From an uncultured Rivularia sp. (GTDB taxonomy: Bacteria; Cyanobacteriota; Cyanobacteriia; Cyanobacteriales; Nostocaceae): DNA of 64,000 nt. Below are positions 54,148 to 64,000 of the stretch, piece after piece (position 1 is the first letter of the stretch; the number at the start of each line of letters is the position of its first letter). The DNA lies in assembly GCA_963665115.1 (NCBI GenBank), contig OY762007.1:4032001-4096000 (forward strand). Direction: 5' to 3'. A model generated the notes under the pieces. That model saw only the letters and a program-made list of their open reading frames with translations, ran no database searches and was not told the origin of the DNA. Made by a program: the position numbers and the translations under genes.

Positions 54148-54840
54148 TTATGCTAAGTATTGCGACCAAATTGATAAAGATTGTTGCGAACCATACCAAG
54201 CTTTGGGACTTCTAGGAGAATGCATCACATTTTCAATAACTAAATTCCTTGCTCCTTCTAGATGAGCGGCTTCGATAGGCGTGATTCCATCTCCCCAAGT
54301 GTTCCCGTTACCGCAAGTTAATTTATAGCTACTGAAAGCCAGCCAGTTTCCAAACTTTCTTTTACCAAAAACTGTTTTTCCTGCAACACAGGTGTAATCA
54401 ACATTTTGATGAAATGCACCGGGGTAATTATTATTGACAAAATCCAAATTCCACTGAGTCCAACGTTCCAAGCTGGTGTGAGGTGTACCCAAAGTTACAA
54501 GAGTGGCAACTTTTGGATGAGCTTTCCACGTCAATAAATTGAGGTTGGGCTTGCCATAAGGTACATCTCCCAAATAGATACGCGATATCCAACCTCCTGC
54601 GGAGTGACCAATTAAATTAATTTGAGAAACACCTTTTTGCTGTAAAATATGCTCTACCGTGCAGTCTAACTGTTTCAAAATCGGAGATACAGGTCTTCCT
54701 CCTAAAGTAGCTATCCAATCGCGTCGTTGTAGCGGTACCGTAATTGTAGGAAAACCTAAATTTTGCAATGATTTCTCTAACTTATAGTAAGCTTCAGCGC
54801 TTTCAAGAAATCCGGGTAAAATAACTGTAGGTAAAGACAT
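54148..54840 (-). CDS. Alpha/beta hydrolase (lipase/esterase, PGAP1-like)
   Basis: GHSAGG nucleophile elbow, LVTLGTPH, GDGITP. Confidence 0.88.
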   Translation of the reverse strand: MSLPTVILPGFLESAEAYYKLEKSLQNLGFPTITVPLQRRDWIATLGGRPVSPILKQLDCTVEHILQQKGVSQINLIGHSAGGWISRIYLGDVPYGKPNLNLLTWKAHPKVATLVTLGTPHTSLERWTQWNLDFVNNNYPGAFHQNVDYTCVAGKTVFGKRKFGNWLAFSSYKLTCGNGNTWGDGITPIEAAHLEGARNLVIENVMHSPRSPKAWYGSQQSLSIWSQYLA

Positions 54841-55533
54841 TGTGGTACTTTTATTCTTCGATATTAGCGGAATTTAAGACTCAATACTTGCCAAAAAATA
54901 ACTAAATGTATAACTTATACGTAAGTAGATACAGAGATTAGTGTTATGCGAACATTGCTAGTGAATGGAGATAACCTATAATTAATGATTGTCTCAGCCT
55001 TACTGCTTGAAAGGTATTTTTTGAAATACAGCTTAAACTTCTGTTCCGTAGAAGATATTAAGTTCTTCAGTTTTGGCTAAAAATTAGCTAGAACAGTGCC
55101 TGTTGGATTATTTATTTTCTTCAACAGATAATAGTTAGGCGCAATCGATCGTAAAAATAAGCAAAAACTTCCGGAGCCTAGTATAGATTTTGTAAAAAAA
55201 GATATAAGCATTTTTTTTGAAGATGGTATATATACTTATATTGTTTTTTAAATAGTTTTAAGATGATAATTTTTCTTCATCCTTTAATACGGCAAGCACT
55301 ACTCCTGTAAGAGAATAAGTTCGCATTTATTTAATACATCACGACTTGCATGAATCAACCGTTCCTGCAACTGGCAATATTGTTATTATTAGTCTTGCCA
55401 CAAAAAGCTATTATTTTTAGAGGGACGCATCTTAAAGGGCTTGCCGCAATCAAATAATTATTGCCTGAAATTACTGCCTGATATATTAAATTGCTAGTCA
55501 ACCGCAACCTAAGTAAAGTAAGCGATAACAGCC

Positions 55534-57256
55534 ATGTCTTACGTCTCAGTACTCAAAAATATACCCGAATTCCTTAGCCAACCGGCTGGAATAGCAGCCA
55601 TAGCATCCGTCGGCATACATGGAGCTATTGCTTTCATCCTGCCTTTAATGCCTGTTGATTCCAACTCCAAACCAAAGCAAAAAGCAGAGACGGAAAGTGT
55701 CGGAATAATGGAGTTATCTCAGGCGGAACAAAATAGATTACCTCAAACAAAGCGGCCTCAAATTTCAGCTTTACCGACGGTTCCCTTACAGCCTGGAATT
55801 ACTTTACCTAACTTTGCGACTCGACCGACTCCGTTAGATAAACTACCAGCAAGTCCTGACTCCACAAAGGTGATATTACCACCTTTACCTAAGTCCGGGA
55901 CGAATCCCAATATTTCACCTTTACCTAGAAGTGGTTCTTTACCGATACTTCCCCAGCCGAACTTCAACTCTTCATTTAACGCTAAAGCGAAATCTGGCGG
56001 CTCGTATCGTCGTTACAATCAGAAAATCAACTTAGGAAACCCGACACCATTGATTTCTAAAAGAAGCACGCCGTCGAGATCGGCAGCTTCTCGTAACATA
56101 CCTCCAATACAGTCGGCACCAGTACCAGATTTTGCGAATATTCCAGCACCACCACCTCTTCCTCCTATGGGGAATCCCGGCATTAGTACAGGTAATAGCG
56201 TGGCGATTAATCCACTAAGTAATCCAGGCGTTAATAATAATGCTGTAAATCAACCCAGGAGAGTTAGCCCCGAAGATTTTATTGCCCCTACCAACAGAAA
56301 CATTCCTAAACCTGGTGATAAACTAACTTTAGCAGGACAAAATTTGCAGCAATGGGGACAGCAGTCATCTGGCAGTAGAAGGATTGTGCTACCAGAGCAA
56401 CCATCAGCAAATGCAAGTACAATTACAGCGCCCCAAAATAGCAAAATATCACCTCAGAATTCAACAACTTTAGCTCTTGCAAAACAGTTTGACGAAGTTA
56501 AGCAAAAGTATCCAAATTTTGAAACTAAAGAACCGATTTCCGAGGTAATTAAAATAAAGCCAGGAAGAGAAGGTAAAGTCGAGGGAACTTTAGTAATTGA
56601 TTCTGACGGCAAAGCTGATTATTTAAAGTACGTCGATCGCTCAGTTTCGTCTAAATTAAAAAAAGAAACTAGAAATTATTTCAGAAACTATTTCAAGGAA
56701 AATCCCATTCGTAAAAATGGTAAAGCGAAAGTATACGCATTTACCCTTGATTTTAAATCTGATGCAGTTAATACTGTTGAATTTTCCAAGCCTCAAGATA
56801 AATTAGTCGATCGTTTGCGTGATGCTAAAGATGAGCCAGCCCAGAAAAAGCCGGAAAATTTATCTAGAAGTTCGGCTCCGGTAAAAATTGATGTACAACC
56901 GTCTCCCGGTGCGGTAGTTGTTCCGACTCAGACAGCCCCAGCCAAGATCAAGCCACAGGTTCAGATAAGAACCAAGAAGCCCACATCTGGAGCGCAGAAT
57001 AGCGATAAGCGACCCTGTAGAAGTGCGACTCAGAAACAGTCAGGAAATGCCCAAGGTACCATCAATGCCTAAGCCCCAGGCGCGAGTTAACGTCAAGGAA
57101 CCCGCACCGCAAGCTACTTCTAAACCATCACTTTCTTCAAGGCTGAGAAATCTTAAAGAAGAATCTGAAGATAATTCTAAAAAAACTTCTGATGATTCTA
57201 AGGAGCTAATTCAACGACTACGTAAAATTCAAGAGCGCAGAGAAAATTCCAATTAA
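55534..57256 (+). CDS. Pro-rich membrane-anchored protein (TonB-like), apparent +1 frameshift near 57013-57015
   Basis: TM helix with S...H (ASVGIHG) and Pro-rich linker; removing one C joins 55534.. to the 57023..57256 ORF. Confidence 0.65.
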
Positions 57257-57289
57257 GGAAAAATTCTCAGACAACTAAAGCATAAATAA

Positions 57290-57330
57290 AAAGATCGAGA
57301 CGTAGCAGTACTACGTCTCGATCTTTTTTT
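57290..57330. terminator. Bidirectional hairpin terminator built from a GAGACGTAGC palindromic repeat
   Basis: aaaagatcgagacgtag-cagta-ctacgtctcgatcttttttt between convergent genes. Confidence 0.8.
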
Positions 57331-57446
57331 CTTGTCAAAATTCATTAAAATAGGTGACGAATAATTCAACCCTTACAACTTCATCAAGGATAAAATTTCA
57401 TCGTCATCTAAATTAAAATTCTAAATGAGCAATACGCTCAATCTTT

Positions 57447-57863
57447 CTATTCAACAATAACTTTACCGACCATACCAGCACCACGGTGAGGTTCGCAGTA
57501 GAAAGTATACTCACCAGCAGGCGCATCTGCTGGAATAGTGCTTGTAAATTCTTGTCCGGGACTCATTACCAACTGCTTGTGAGAAAGTTCTTTAGCTAAA
57601 TCCGCGCTCTTTGCAGGGTTTTGAGCAGCATCGAATACAACGTTGTGGGGAGGAACTTTGTTGTTCACCCATTTAATTGTGTCGCCCGCTTTAACTGATA
57701 ACTTAGCTGGTTCAAACGCCAGCATACCTTTGTCGCTACCTAACTTTACAGTAAATGTTTCAGCCGCAGCATTAGGGGCAAAAGCCACGAAACTGCTGAC
57801 GACTAACAGCATAGTCAAAGCAGCTAAGCCGAAACGGCGTAAAGTGGACGCAATCAATTTCAT
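57447..57863 (-). CDS. petE: Plastocyanin
   Basis: Signal peptide; [16 protein letters not shown]u ligands. Confidence 0.98.
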   Translation of the reverse strand: MKLIASTLRRFGLAALTMLLVVSSFVAFAPNAAAETFTVKLGSDKGMLAFEPAKLSVKAGDTIKWVNNKVPPHNVVFDAAQNPAKSADLAKELSHKQLVMSPGQEFTSTIPADAPAGEYTFYCEPHRGAGMVGKVIVE

Positions 57864-58060
57864 GGAATTCTCCGTGAGCAACAGTTTTTATTATCTTTCT
57901 TCTATTTTAAATAAAATTGCGACCAAATACGACAATATGTCATAGATAAAAATTTTTGTAACTATTTGTAAATAAAGGACGTAATTTGGCTGTCAACTTT
58001 ATGGCTGAAGAAGGAAGTAGGGAATGGGGAACAGTTTGGAAAACCTTTAAAAGATAGATT

Positions 58061-58193
58061 GTACTCCACCACGATAATTCTGCGGGGTTCTGGGAGTGCG
58101 AGCCGGAAAGCTCGCTGGTTGTCAAGAGGGAGCGAGACGCTCCCACTACATTTTGATTACCCCGCAAAAGTAATGTGGTGGAATAGTAGTACT
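58061..58193. mobile_element. Second, inverted copy of the ~130 bp MITE-like repeat
   Basis: Reverse complement of 17598-17727. Confidence 0.75.
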
Positions 58194-58401
58194 CCACCAG
58201 CTTGGGCGGGTAAACAATTAGCTGTAACTGTAAGTATTAGAGCAGTCGAAACCAAGAACAAACGAGTTATAAATTGATACAGCATCGTTAATGGAAGCAA
58301 AAATGAAATAATCATCGATCTATAGTCAGCAAATCATTAATTTTGATTTACCAACTAGAGACCAATGATTAGACTTTACTGACTACAAAATAATCGAAAG
58401 T

Positions 58402-58893
58402 TTAGTAGTAAATCTTACCACCACCCCATTTCTGACCGACAATCTTAGGTTGCAGGAGAACATGACCGGCGATCGCCTCTAAATCTTCCTCAGTTAAATT
58501 ACGCATTTCTTTGTAAATATCTGCACTTTTCAAGCTAGGATGCAATTCAGAAATCTCAACTTCTCCATCATAGGTAGTGGGATTTTTCATATAGTCCACT
58601 AAACCCTCGATGTTATCGCGAGGTGGAGTTGCTAATGCCAAAGTTTCAGGATCTAATCCGACGTTTTGGTTTGTTTTGGTTACGCCACCAGCATGACACT
58701 GGGCACAAGTGTCATTGAATAGACGTTTACCTCTTTGAACTTCTTTTAAGCTCAGTACATAGTTATCGCCTTGTTCGTTCAAAGGCACCGTGCGAGTACC
58801 TTCATCAAGTTCTACTGCTGAAGCGCTACCGACAAATAACTGAAAACTCAGGAACGCACCAGCAATAAAAATGCTAATTAATCTTGTTATCAT
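58402..58893 (-). CDS. psbV: Cytochrome c550
   Basis: CAQCH heme motif, PTTYDG, HPS..SAD, WGGGKIYY. Confidence 0.97.
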   Translation of the reverse strand: MITRLISIFIAGAFLSFQLFVGSASAVELDEGTRTVPLNEQGDNYVLSLKEVQRGKRLFNDTCAQCHAGGVTKTNQNVGLDPETLALATPPRDNIEGLVDYMKNPTTYDGEVEISELHPSLKSADIYKEMRNLTEEDLEAIAGHVLLQPKIVGQKWGGGKIYY

Positions 58894-59399
58894 GTTTCCC
58901 CTCAAAGATTCTAATGCTCAACACAGCTTCGGACAGCGATGCTTATTTTCTTATTGCTAAAGTCAACACAAAAAGTGTTTTTTGCTATTAACCCGCTTGT
59001 TGTTGGTAACTTCGGTTTTATTTAAAGCTAAGCACCGATTAAGCAGGAATTTTTCAGACAAAAATTAGAAAATAAATAAATTGCGGTATTCTCAAACGTC
59101 ATTACGCTGGAATTTATAAATATTTGTATAAATATTTGTAAACTATTACCCATTAGACGTACAAAGAAAGTCTGTTTCAGCCTTTTTGAGCTGTAATAGA
59201 CCGTGATTTCCGCGATTCCACCGGCTTGTAAAACCCATAATGGTCGTTAACTCAGACAATAAGATAATCGCTGCTTTAATACAATTATCACTCTAAGCGT
59301 GCAATTTGTTCCCTTAAGTACTTTTTGAAGTTAGGAGATGGGGAGAGGGGGAGATGGGGGACGAGGGGACAAGAAGACAAGAGGAAATCTAATTTTTTT

Positions 59400-59561
59400 G
59401 ACTCTCCACACTCCTAAAGGGAGTGGGATTCATATGGAATAGTTAGAATATCCATATTATCCATTCTTTTAATCTAACAGGTTCCCCGGCTCACTCTGTT
59501 CTCCTGAAACGGAAGAGTGATATCTCCGTCTTCTGCGCTAATTCGCATGAAGGGGTAGTAA
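59400..59561 (-). mobile_element. 3'/right-end remnant of a second IS200/IS605 tnpB element
   Basis: Terminal hairpin (cactcc-taaa-gggagtg, 59401-59431) and an omegaRNA-like segment, cut at the neighbouring element boundary. Confidence 0.5.
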
Positions 59562-61077
59562 CTGTTATCTAATTTATACCCATAAATAGACATATTTACC
59601 CATATTGTCCAGATATCGTGTTAAGTGTGTAATACGTATTTACGTAAAGTCTGCCGTGGGGAGTATCCCCACGGCGAGCTTTACAGTAAAGCGATGGTTA
59701 AAGGTTGTTTATTCTACTAATGGTTGCCAACGGCTGCCAATTGAATTTTAAGAATTAATAACTTTAACATTTATACTATTAATGATAGTAGTAAGGATGA
59801 TATGTTTATATCTAATAACCTAAAAGATAGATAGTTTATATTTATAAAAATTGAAAACGTAAATTTTATACAATGTTACTCGGATTTAAAACAGAATTAA
59901 AATTAAATAATAATCAAAGAACTGTTTTACTCAAACATTGTGGAGTTTCTAGACATGCTTGGAATTGGGGATTAGCATTAACCTGGGCAATATTAGAAAA
60001 CAATTTTATTAATCCCGATTCTAAAATAAAATTTCCAAGTGCAATTGATTTACATAAGTACTTAGTAGCTTTAGTCAAACCAGAAAACCTTTGGTACTAT
60101 GAGTGTTCTAAGTCTGCACCGCAATCAGCATTGAGAGATTTATCTACTGCGTGGAAACGATGCTTTAAAAAAATTAGTGGTCAACCAAGATTTAAGAAGA
60201 AAGGAAAAAATGATTCATTTACTTTAGAGGGAATTTGTAAGATTATAGATAGTTTTACTATTCAAGTTCCAAAAATAGGTAAATTAAAAACATATGAGAA
60301 ATTGCCCCAACTAGATAAAATAAAATCTGTAACGATATCCCGACAAGCTGATAGGTGGTTTATTAGTTTTAAAATTGATACCCAAATTCAAGAAAATCAT
60401 CATACAACTGTTGTAGGGGTTGATTTAGGTGTCAAATCTCTGGCGACTTTATCGACAGGTGAAGTTATAGAAGGAGCGAAAGCATATCGTAAAAATAAGA
60501 CGAAATTATCACGATTGCAGTGGTTAAATCGCAATAAAATAATTGGTTCTAAGAATTGGAAAAAGGCTCAACTGAAAATAGCTCGACTTCATAGAAGAAT
60601 TTCTAATATAAGAAAAGATACAATTCATAAATTGACTTCATTATTAGCCAAGAACCACGGAACGATAGTGATAGAAGATTTAAACGTATCGGGGATGATG
60701 AAAAATCATAAATTAGCCGGTGCAATTTCTGACATGGGTTTTTACGAAGTTAGAAGACAACTTGAATACAAATGTAAATTGTACGGTTCTAACTTAGTTG
60801 TAGTAGATAGATGGTTCCCATCCTCTAAAACTTGTTCTAATTGTGGTCATAAAAAAGAAATACTCTTCTTAAGTGAAAGAGTTTTTGATTGTGAGAACTG
60901 TAACTCAAAAATTGATCGCGATCTGAATGCAGCAATCAATTTATGTAAGGCTGTCAGTTAGACAGTTTCAGCCTGTGGATGGGAAGTAGCCGACTACCCC
61001 AGTTTGAAGCAGGAAGTAAACACGCTTATTGCTATATGTCTAGTTATGGATAGTTTTGGGTAAGTTTTATGTAACGG
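59562..61077 (+). mobile_element. Non-autonomous IS607-like element (tnpB only)
   Basis: Ends share short TACCCA/TAGACATAT-type repeats in inverted orientation; right end ...TTATGTAACGG; no serine recombinase ORF. Confidence 0.7.
59873..60961 (+). CDS. tnpB: RNA-guided endonuclease TnpB
   Basis: GFKTEL N-terminus; VGVDLG, VIEDL, DRDLNAA RuvC triad; CSNC..CENC Zn finger. Confidence 0.95.
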   Translation: MLLGFKTELKLNNNQRTVLLKHCGVSRHAWNWGLALTWAILENNFINPDSKIKFPSAIDLHKYLVALVKPENLWYYECSKSAPQSALRDLSTAWKRCFKKISGQPRFKKKGKNDSFTLEGICKIIDSFTIQVPKIGKLKTYEKLPQLDKIKSVTISRQADRWFISFKIDTQIQENHHTTVVGVDLGVKSLATLSTGEVIEGAKAYRKNKTKLSRLQWLNRNKIIGSKNWKKAQLKIARLHRRISNIRKDTIHKLTSLLAKNHGTIVIEDLNVSGMMKNHKLAGAISDMGFYEVRRQLEYKCKLYGSNLVVVDRWFPSSKTCSNCGHKKEILFLSERVFDCENCNSKIDRDLNAAINLCKAVS

Positions 61078-61240
61078 TAAAGTTCTTAGGTAAGAAATTT
61101 GCTTCTCCTGCGACTATTTCTGTTAGCGGTTTAAACGATGCTGAAAGTGCCCACAGAAAAGGAATCAAAGTAATAATTGCATACAGAGCTAAAACTGAAT
61201 AAAGCAGTATCTTTAGCAACAAACTCCAGTTTCTATTCAA
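61067..61240 (-). pseudogene. 5' fragment of a second carbohydrate ABC permease, truncated by the IS607-like element
   Basis: TTG start overlapping the upstream TGA; ...ITLIPFLWALSASFKP..EI....FLPKNFT then element sequence and a stop. Confidence 0.8.
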
Positions 61241-62142
61241 TTTCCGCCTCCAAAGAGTCGCCGCTGAATTAAGGTTATAGCTATGATTACTACTGCTAAA
61301 ACAAAAGCTATAGCCGCTGCATATCCCATTTGCAAGTTACGAAATAGGGCTTGATATATTAATAAGACTACAGTTAATGTGGCGTTATTCGGGCCACCCG
61401 TACCTTTGGAAAAGATATAAGATTGGTCAAATAGTTGAAAGGTACCGATTATTCCCATTGCTACCACAAAAAAGGTAACTGGATTGAGCATGGGAATAGT
61501 GATATTGATAAATTTGTGCCATTCATTTGCACCGTCTAACTCTGCTGCTTCGTAAAGATATTTGGGTATGTCTTGTAAACCAGCTAAATAAATGACCATG
61601 AAAAACGGTGCAGTTGACCAAATATTCATAATCATGATGGCTTTGAGGGCAACTGCGGGATCTCCCAACCAGTTATATGTAGGAAATCCAATCGCGCTTA
61701 AAAAATCATTCAGCAGTCCATTGGTGTTGTAAATCCACATGAATATCAGTGTCAATACCGCAGAAGATGTGACTGTAGGTAGAAAGAAAAGAACGCGCCA
61801 CCAGCTTTTACCCTGAATGCCGGAATTAAGAGTAACAGCTAAGAATAAAGCTAATATAGTTTGCGAAGGTACGACAATTGCCACGTATTCTGCTGTATTT
61901 TTCAGAGCAATCCACACCCGTTCATCTTCAACTAACTGGCTGAAATTACGAAAACCAATAAACTCATATTCAATACCACCCAGAAGCTGCACTTTTTGTA
62001 GAGAGAGAAATACAGCATAAAGTATGGGTAGCACCACAAAAATTCCCAAAACCAGAATAGTTGGTGCGAGGAAAAGATATCCAGCTAGATTTTCTGTTAA
62101 ACGAGCGTTTGTATGATGATTTCGTCTGGTTAATTGCTGCAA
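61237..62142 (-). CDS. Carbohydrate ABC transporter permease (CUT1)
   Basis: GYLFLAP, ALKNT, EAA loop YLAGLQDIP..LYEAAELDGA. Confidence 0.95.
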   Translation of the reverse strand: MQQLTRRNHHTNARLTENLAGYLFLAPTILVLGIFVVLPILYAVFLSLQKVQLLGGIEYEFIGFRNFSQLVEDERVWIALKNTAEYVAIVVPSQTILALFLAVTLNSGIQGKSWWRVLFFLPTVTSSAVLTLIFMWIYNTNGLLNDFLSAIGFPTYNWLGDPAVALKAIMIMNIWSTAPFFMVIYLAGLQDIPKYLYEAAELDGANEWHKFINITIPMLNPVTFFVVAMGIIGTFQLFDQSYIFSKGTGGPNNATLTVVLLIYQALFRNLQMGYAAAIAFVLAVVIIAITLIQRRLFGGGN

Positions 62143-62275
62143 CAGAACTCAACCTTTTATTTTTGCATCACAAAAAATTGTAGCGATAAGCGATGCGTAT
62201 GGATAGTTAAGAGTTAGGAGTTAGGAGTTGGGAGTTGGTGTTATTCCCCTTGTCTCCTTGTCTCCCTATCCTGCT

Positions 62276-62647
62276 TTAATAATACGAACGATCTTGAAGT
62301 TCTGCTTGGGGTGTAAAACCTTTCTGCTGCAAACAATTTTTGAATTCAATTTCTGACTGACTTAATTTGGGGTTATCTGTAACGTCATATATTCTTTCTA
62401 ATTGGTCGTTTTTCATTTCTGATAGGGCATTGGCGATACGATTGCCCGCGTCTTGTTCTTGAATGGTTAATTTTGCGGGTAAACAACTGGCGATCGCCTG
62501 AATTCTTTTGCTATTTTCAATGGTAGGTACTACTGAATTTCCAGCTGCTTGTGCCTGCTGTATGGTTCCTATCCAAACGGTAATTACTAGTAAACCGCTT
62601 AGAACTGCTGCTCCTAATTGCTTGAATAAATTTTTGAAATCGGTCAT
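62276..62647 (-). CDS. Hypothetical secreted protein
   Basis: Signal peptide ending AQA-A; two Cys. Confidence 0.65.
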   Translation of the reverse strand: MTDFKNLFKQLGAAVLSGLLVITVWIGTIQQAQAAGNSVVPTIENSKRIQAIASCLPAKLTIQEQDAGNRIANALSEMKNDQLERIYDVTDNPKLSQSEIEFKNCLQQKGFTPQAELQDRSYY

Positions 62648-62905
62648 TAAATTTTTTACCTGATGTGATTTATGAGTGCGGATTAATTAACTCAATTTTT
62701 GAGCAATCAATATCTAATACCAGATAACTATATTTCCTAGCTTTTAAGCTCCATCGCAGATAAGACTTGCTTCTATGCCTGTAGAAAGAATTCTTAAGAG
62801 CAGTTTCGGTTAATTAAAATGAAAAAATATAGTGTTTCATTGCCTTTTAAGTTTAAGCTTCGCGAAAATTATTAAAATATAAAATCTAACTAAGGGTATA
62901 TTGCG

Positions 62906-63979
62906 ATGTCAGCGCCCATAACTTCGCCAAAAGAAGACGTGAATCAGAAAAACTCTCAAAACTCTACTTTTGAAGTTAAGAAAAAAGGTAAATCGCTGCC
63001 TTCAGGGTTAATAATTAAGCTGGGAAAATTTGTCTGGACTACTATGTGGCAGATTATGATGTCGAAGCTGGCACCTAGTAACAAAAAAGGTGAATATATC
63101 CGCCCTTCAAGTCAGTTTCGTAATTCCATCGGTGATTCAGAAAATAATCTTTATCAACCTGTTGCGGGACGTTATCGCTTATATGTTGGTTTGGGATGTC
63201 CTTGGGCGCATCGAACTTTAGTAGTTAGAGCTTTAAAAGGGCTTGAAGATGCTGTGGAAATATCGATTGTTTATCCTTCGAGCAATGAAGGAATCTGGGT
63301 TTTAAAGAATCCAGAGGAAAATTGTCGAACTATTCCGGAACTATATCAAGTTGCACAACCGGGTTATCAAGGACGCTGTACGGTTCCAGTATTATGGGAT
63401 AAGCAAACAAATACGATAGTCAATAACGAAAGTGCCGAGATTATCGTAATGTTAAATTCTCAATTGAATCAGTTTGCGAATCGCGAATTAAATCTTTACC
63501 CAGAAGAATTAAAAGAAACAATAGAATTGTGGAATGAAAAAATATATCATGCTGTAAATAATGGCGTTTATCGCTGCGGTTTTGCTCAAACTCAAGAAGC
63601 TTACAATGAATGTTGCGATGAATTATTTACGGTTTTAGATGAGATCGATCAAACTTTAGAAAATCAAAGATATTTATGTGGCGAACAGTTAACTTTAGCT
63701 GACGTGCGTTTATTTACTACCTTGTTTCGATTTGATGTAGTATATTACAGTTTGTTCAAATGTAACCGCCGTAGAATTCAGGATTATGTAAATTTAGGAG
63801 CTTATTTACGCGATTTATATCAGCTTTCTGCAGTTGCCCAAACTTGTGATTTAGAAAGCGTTAAGCAGGATTATTACGGAAATTTGTTTCCGCTTAATCC
63901 GGGGGGTATAATTCCTTCTGGTCCCGATATTTCTAATCTTTTAGAACCGCATCATCGGGAAAAAGTTGGTAATAGGTAA
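62906..63979 (+). CDS. Glutathionyl-hydroquinone reductase (YqjG/Xi-class GST)
   Basis: GRY.LYV..GCPWAHR, TVPVLWD, VNNES, NNGVYR.GFA, NP.GIIP.GP. Confidence 0.93.
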   Translation: MSAPITSPKEDVNQKNSQNSTFEVKKKGKSLPSGLIIKLGKFVWTTMWQIMMSKLAPSNKKGEYIRPSSQFRNSIGDSENNLYQPVAGRYRLYVGLGCPWAHRTLVVRALKGLEDAVEISIVYPSSNEGIWVLKNPEENCRTIPELYQVAQPGYQGRCTVPVLWDKQTNTIVNNESAEIIVMLNSQLNQFANRELNLYPEELKETIELWNEKIYHAVNNGVYRCGFAQTQEAYNECCDELFTVLDEIDQTLENQRYLCGEQLTLADVRLFTTLFRFDVVYYSLFKCNRRRIQDYVNLGAYLRDLYQLSAVAQTCDLESVKQDYYGNLFPLNPGGIIPSGPDISNLLEPHHREKVGNR

Positions 63980-64000
63980 TAGGTTAAAGGGAATAGGTCA

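Overview
AT-rich chromosomal window from a filamentous cyanobacterium, probably Nostocales (inferred from many HIP1 GCGATCGC sites, heptameric STRR tracts, and psbQ/psbX/psbV/petE/ccsB/ccmP). Most of it is housekeeping genes, plus tRNA-Leu(GAG), tRNA-Glu(TTC) and two tnpB-carrying elements. The standout is an ~11 kb minus-strand cluster (36.9-47.6 kb) divergent from a TrcR-like repressor. It encodes an HNH nuclease, an alr0857-family protein, paralogs of L7/L12 and EF-Ts, a DRB0094-type RNA ligase, a vWA protein with Ro60/TROVE-like layout, an ARPP-1-like protein, an AAA ATPase, a NUDIX and a GNAT. Four sigma70-like promoter regions in the cluster each overlap one palindrome (TAYTACA-N1-2-TGTA[A/G/T]T[A/C]). 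The leaders contain unannotated structured RNAs: two RNAs with paired ends and a shared 5' motif, a degenerate tRNA-Asn-like module on a long stem, and a candidate leader-peptide attenuator. Together this looks like a translation-stress/RNA-repair regulon with Y-RNA-like ncRNAs. Four genes (ccmP, the RND adaptor, accC and a Pro-rich protein) carry +1 homopolymer frameshifts, most likely assembly errors. All family calls are by motif recognition and RNA pairings were traced by eye; no searches or folding programs were run.
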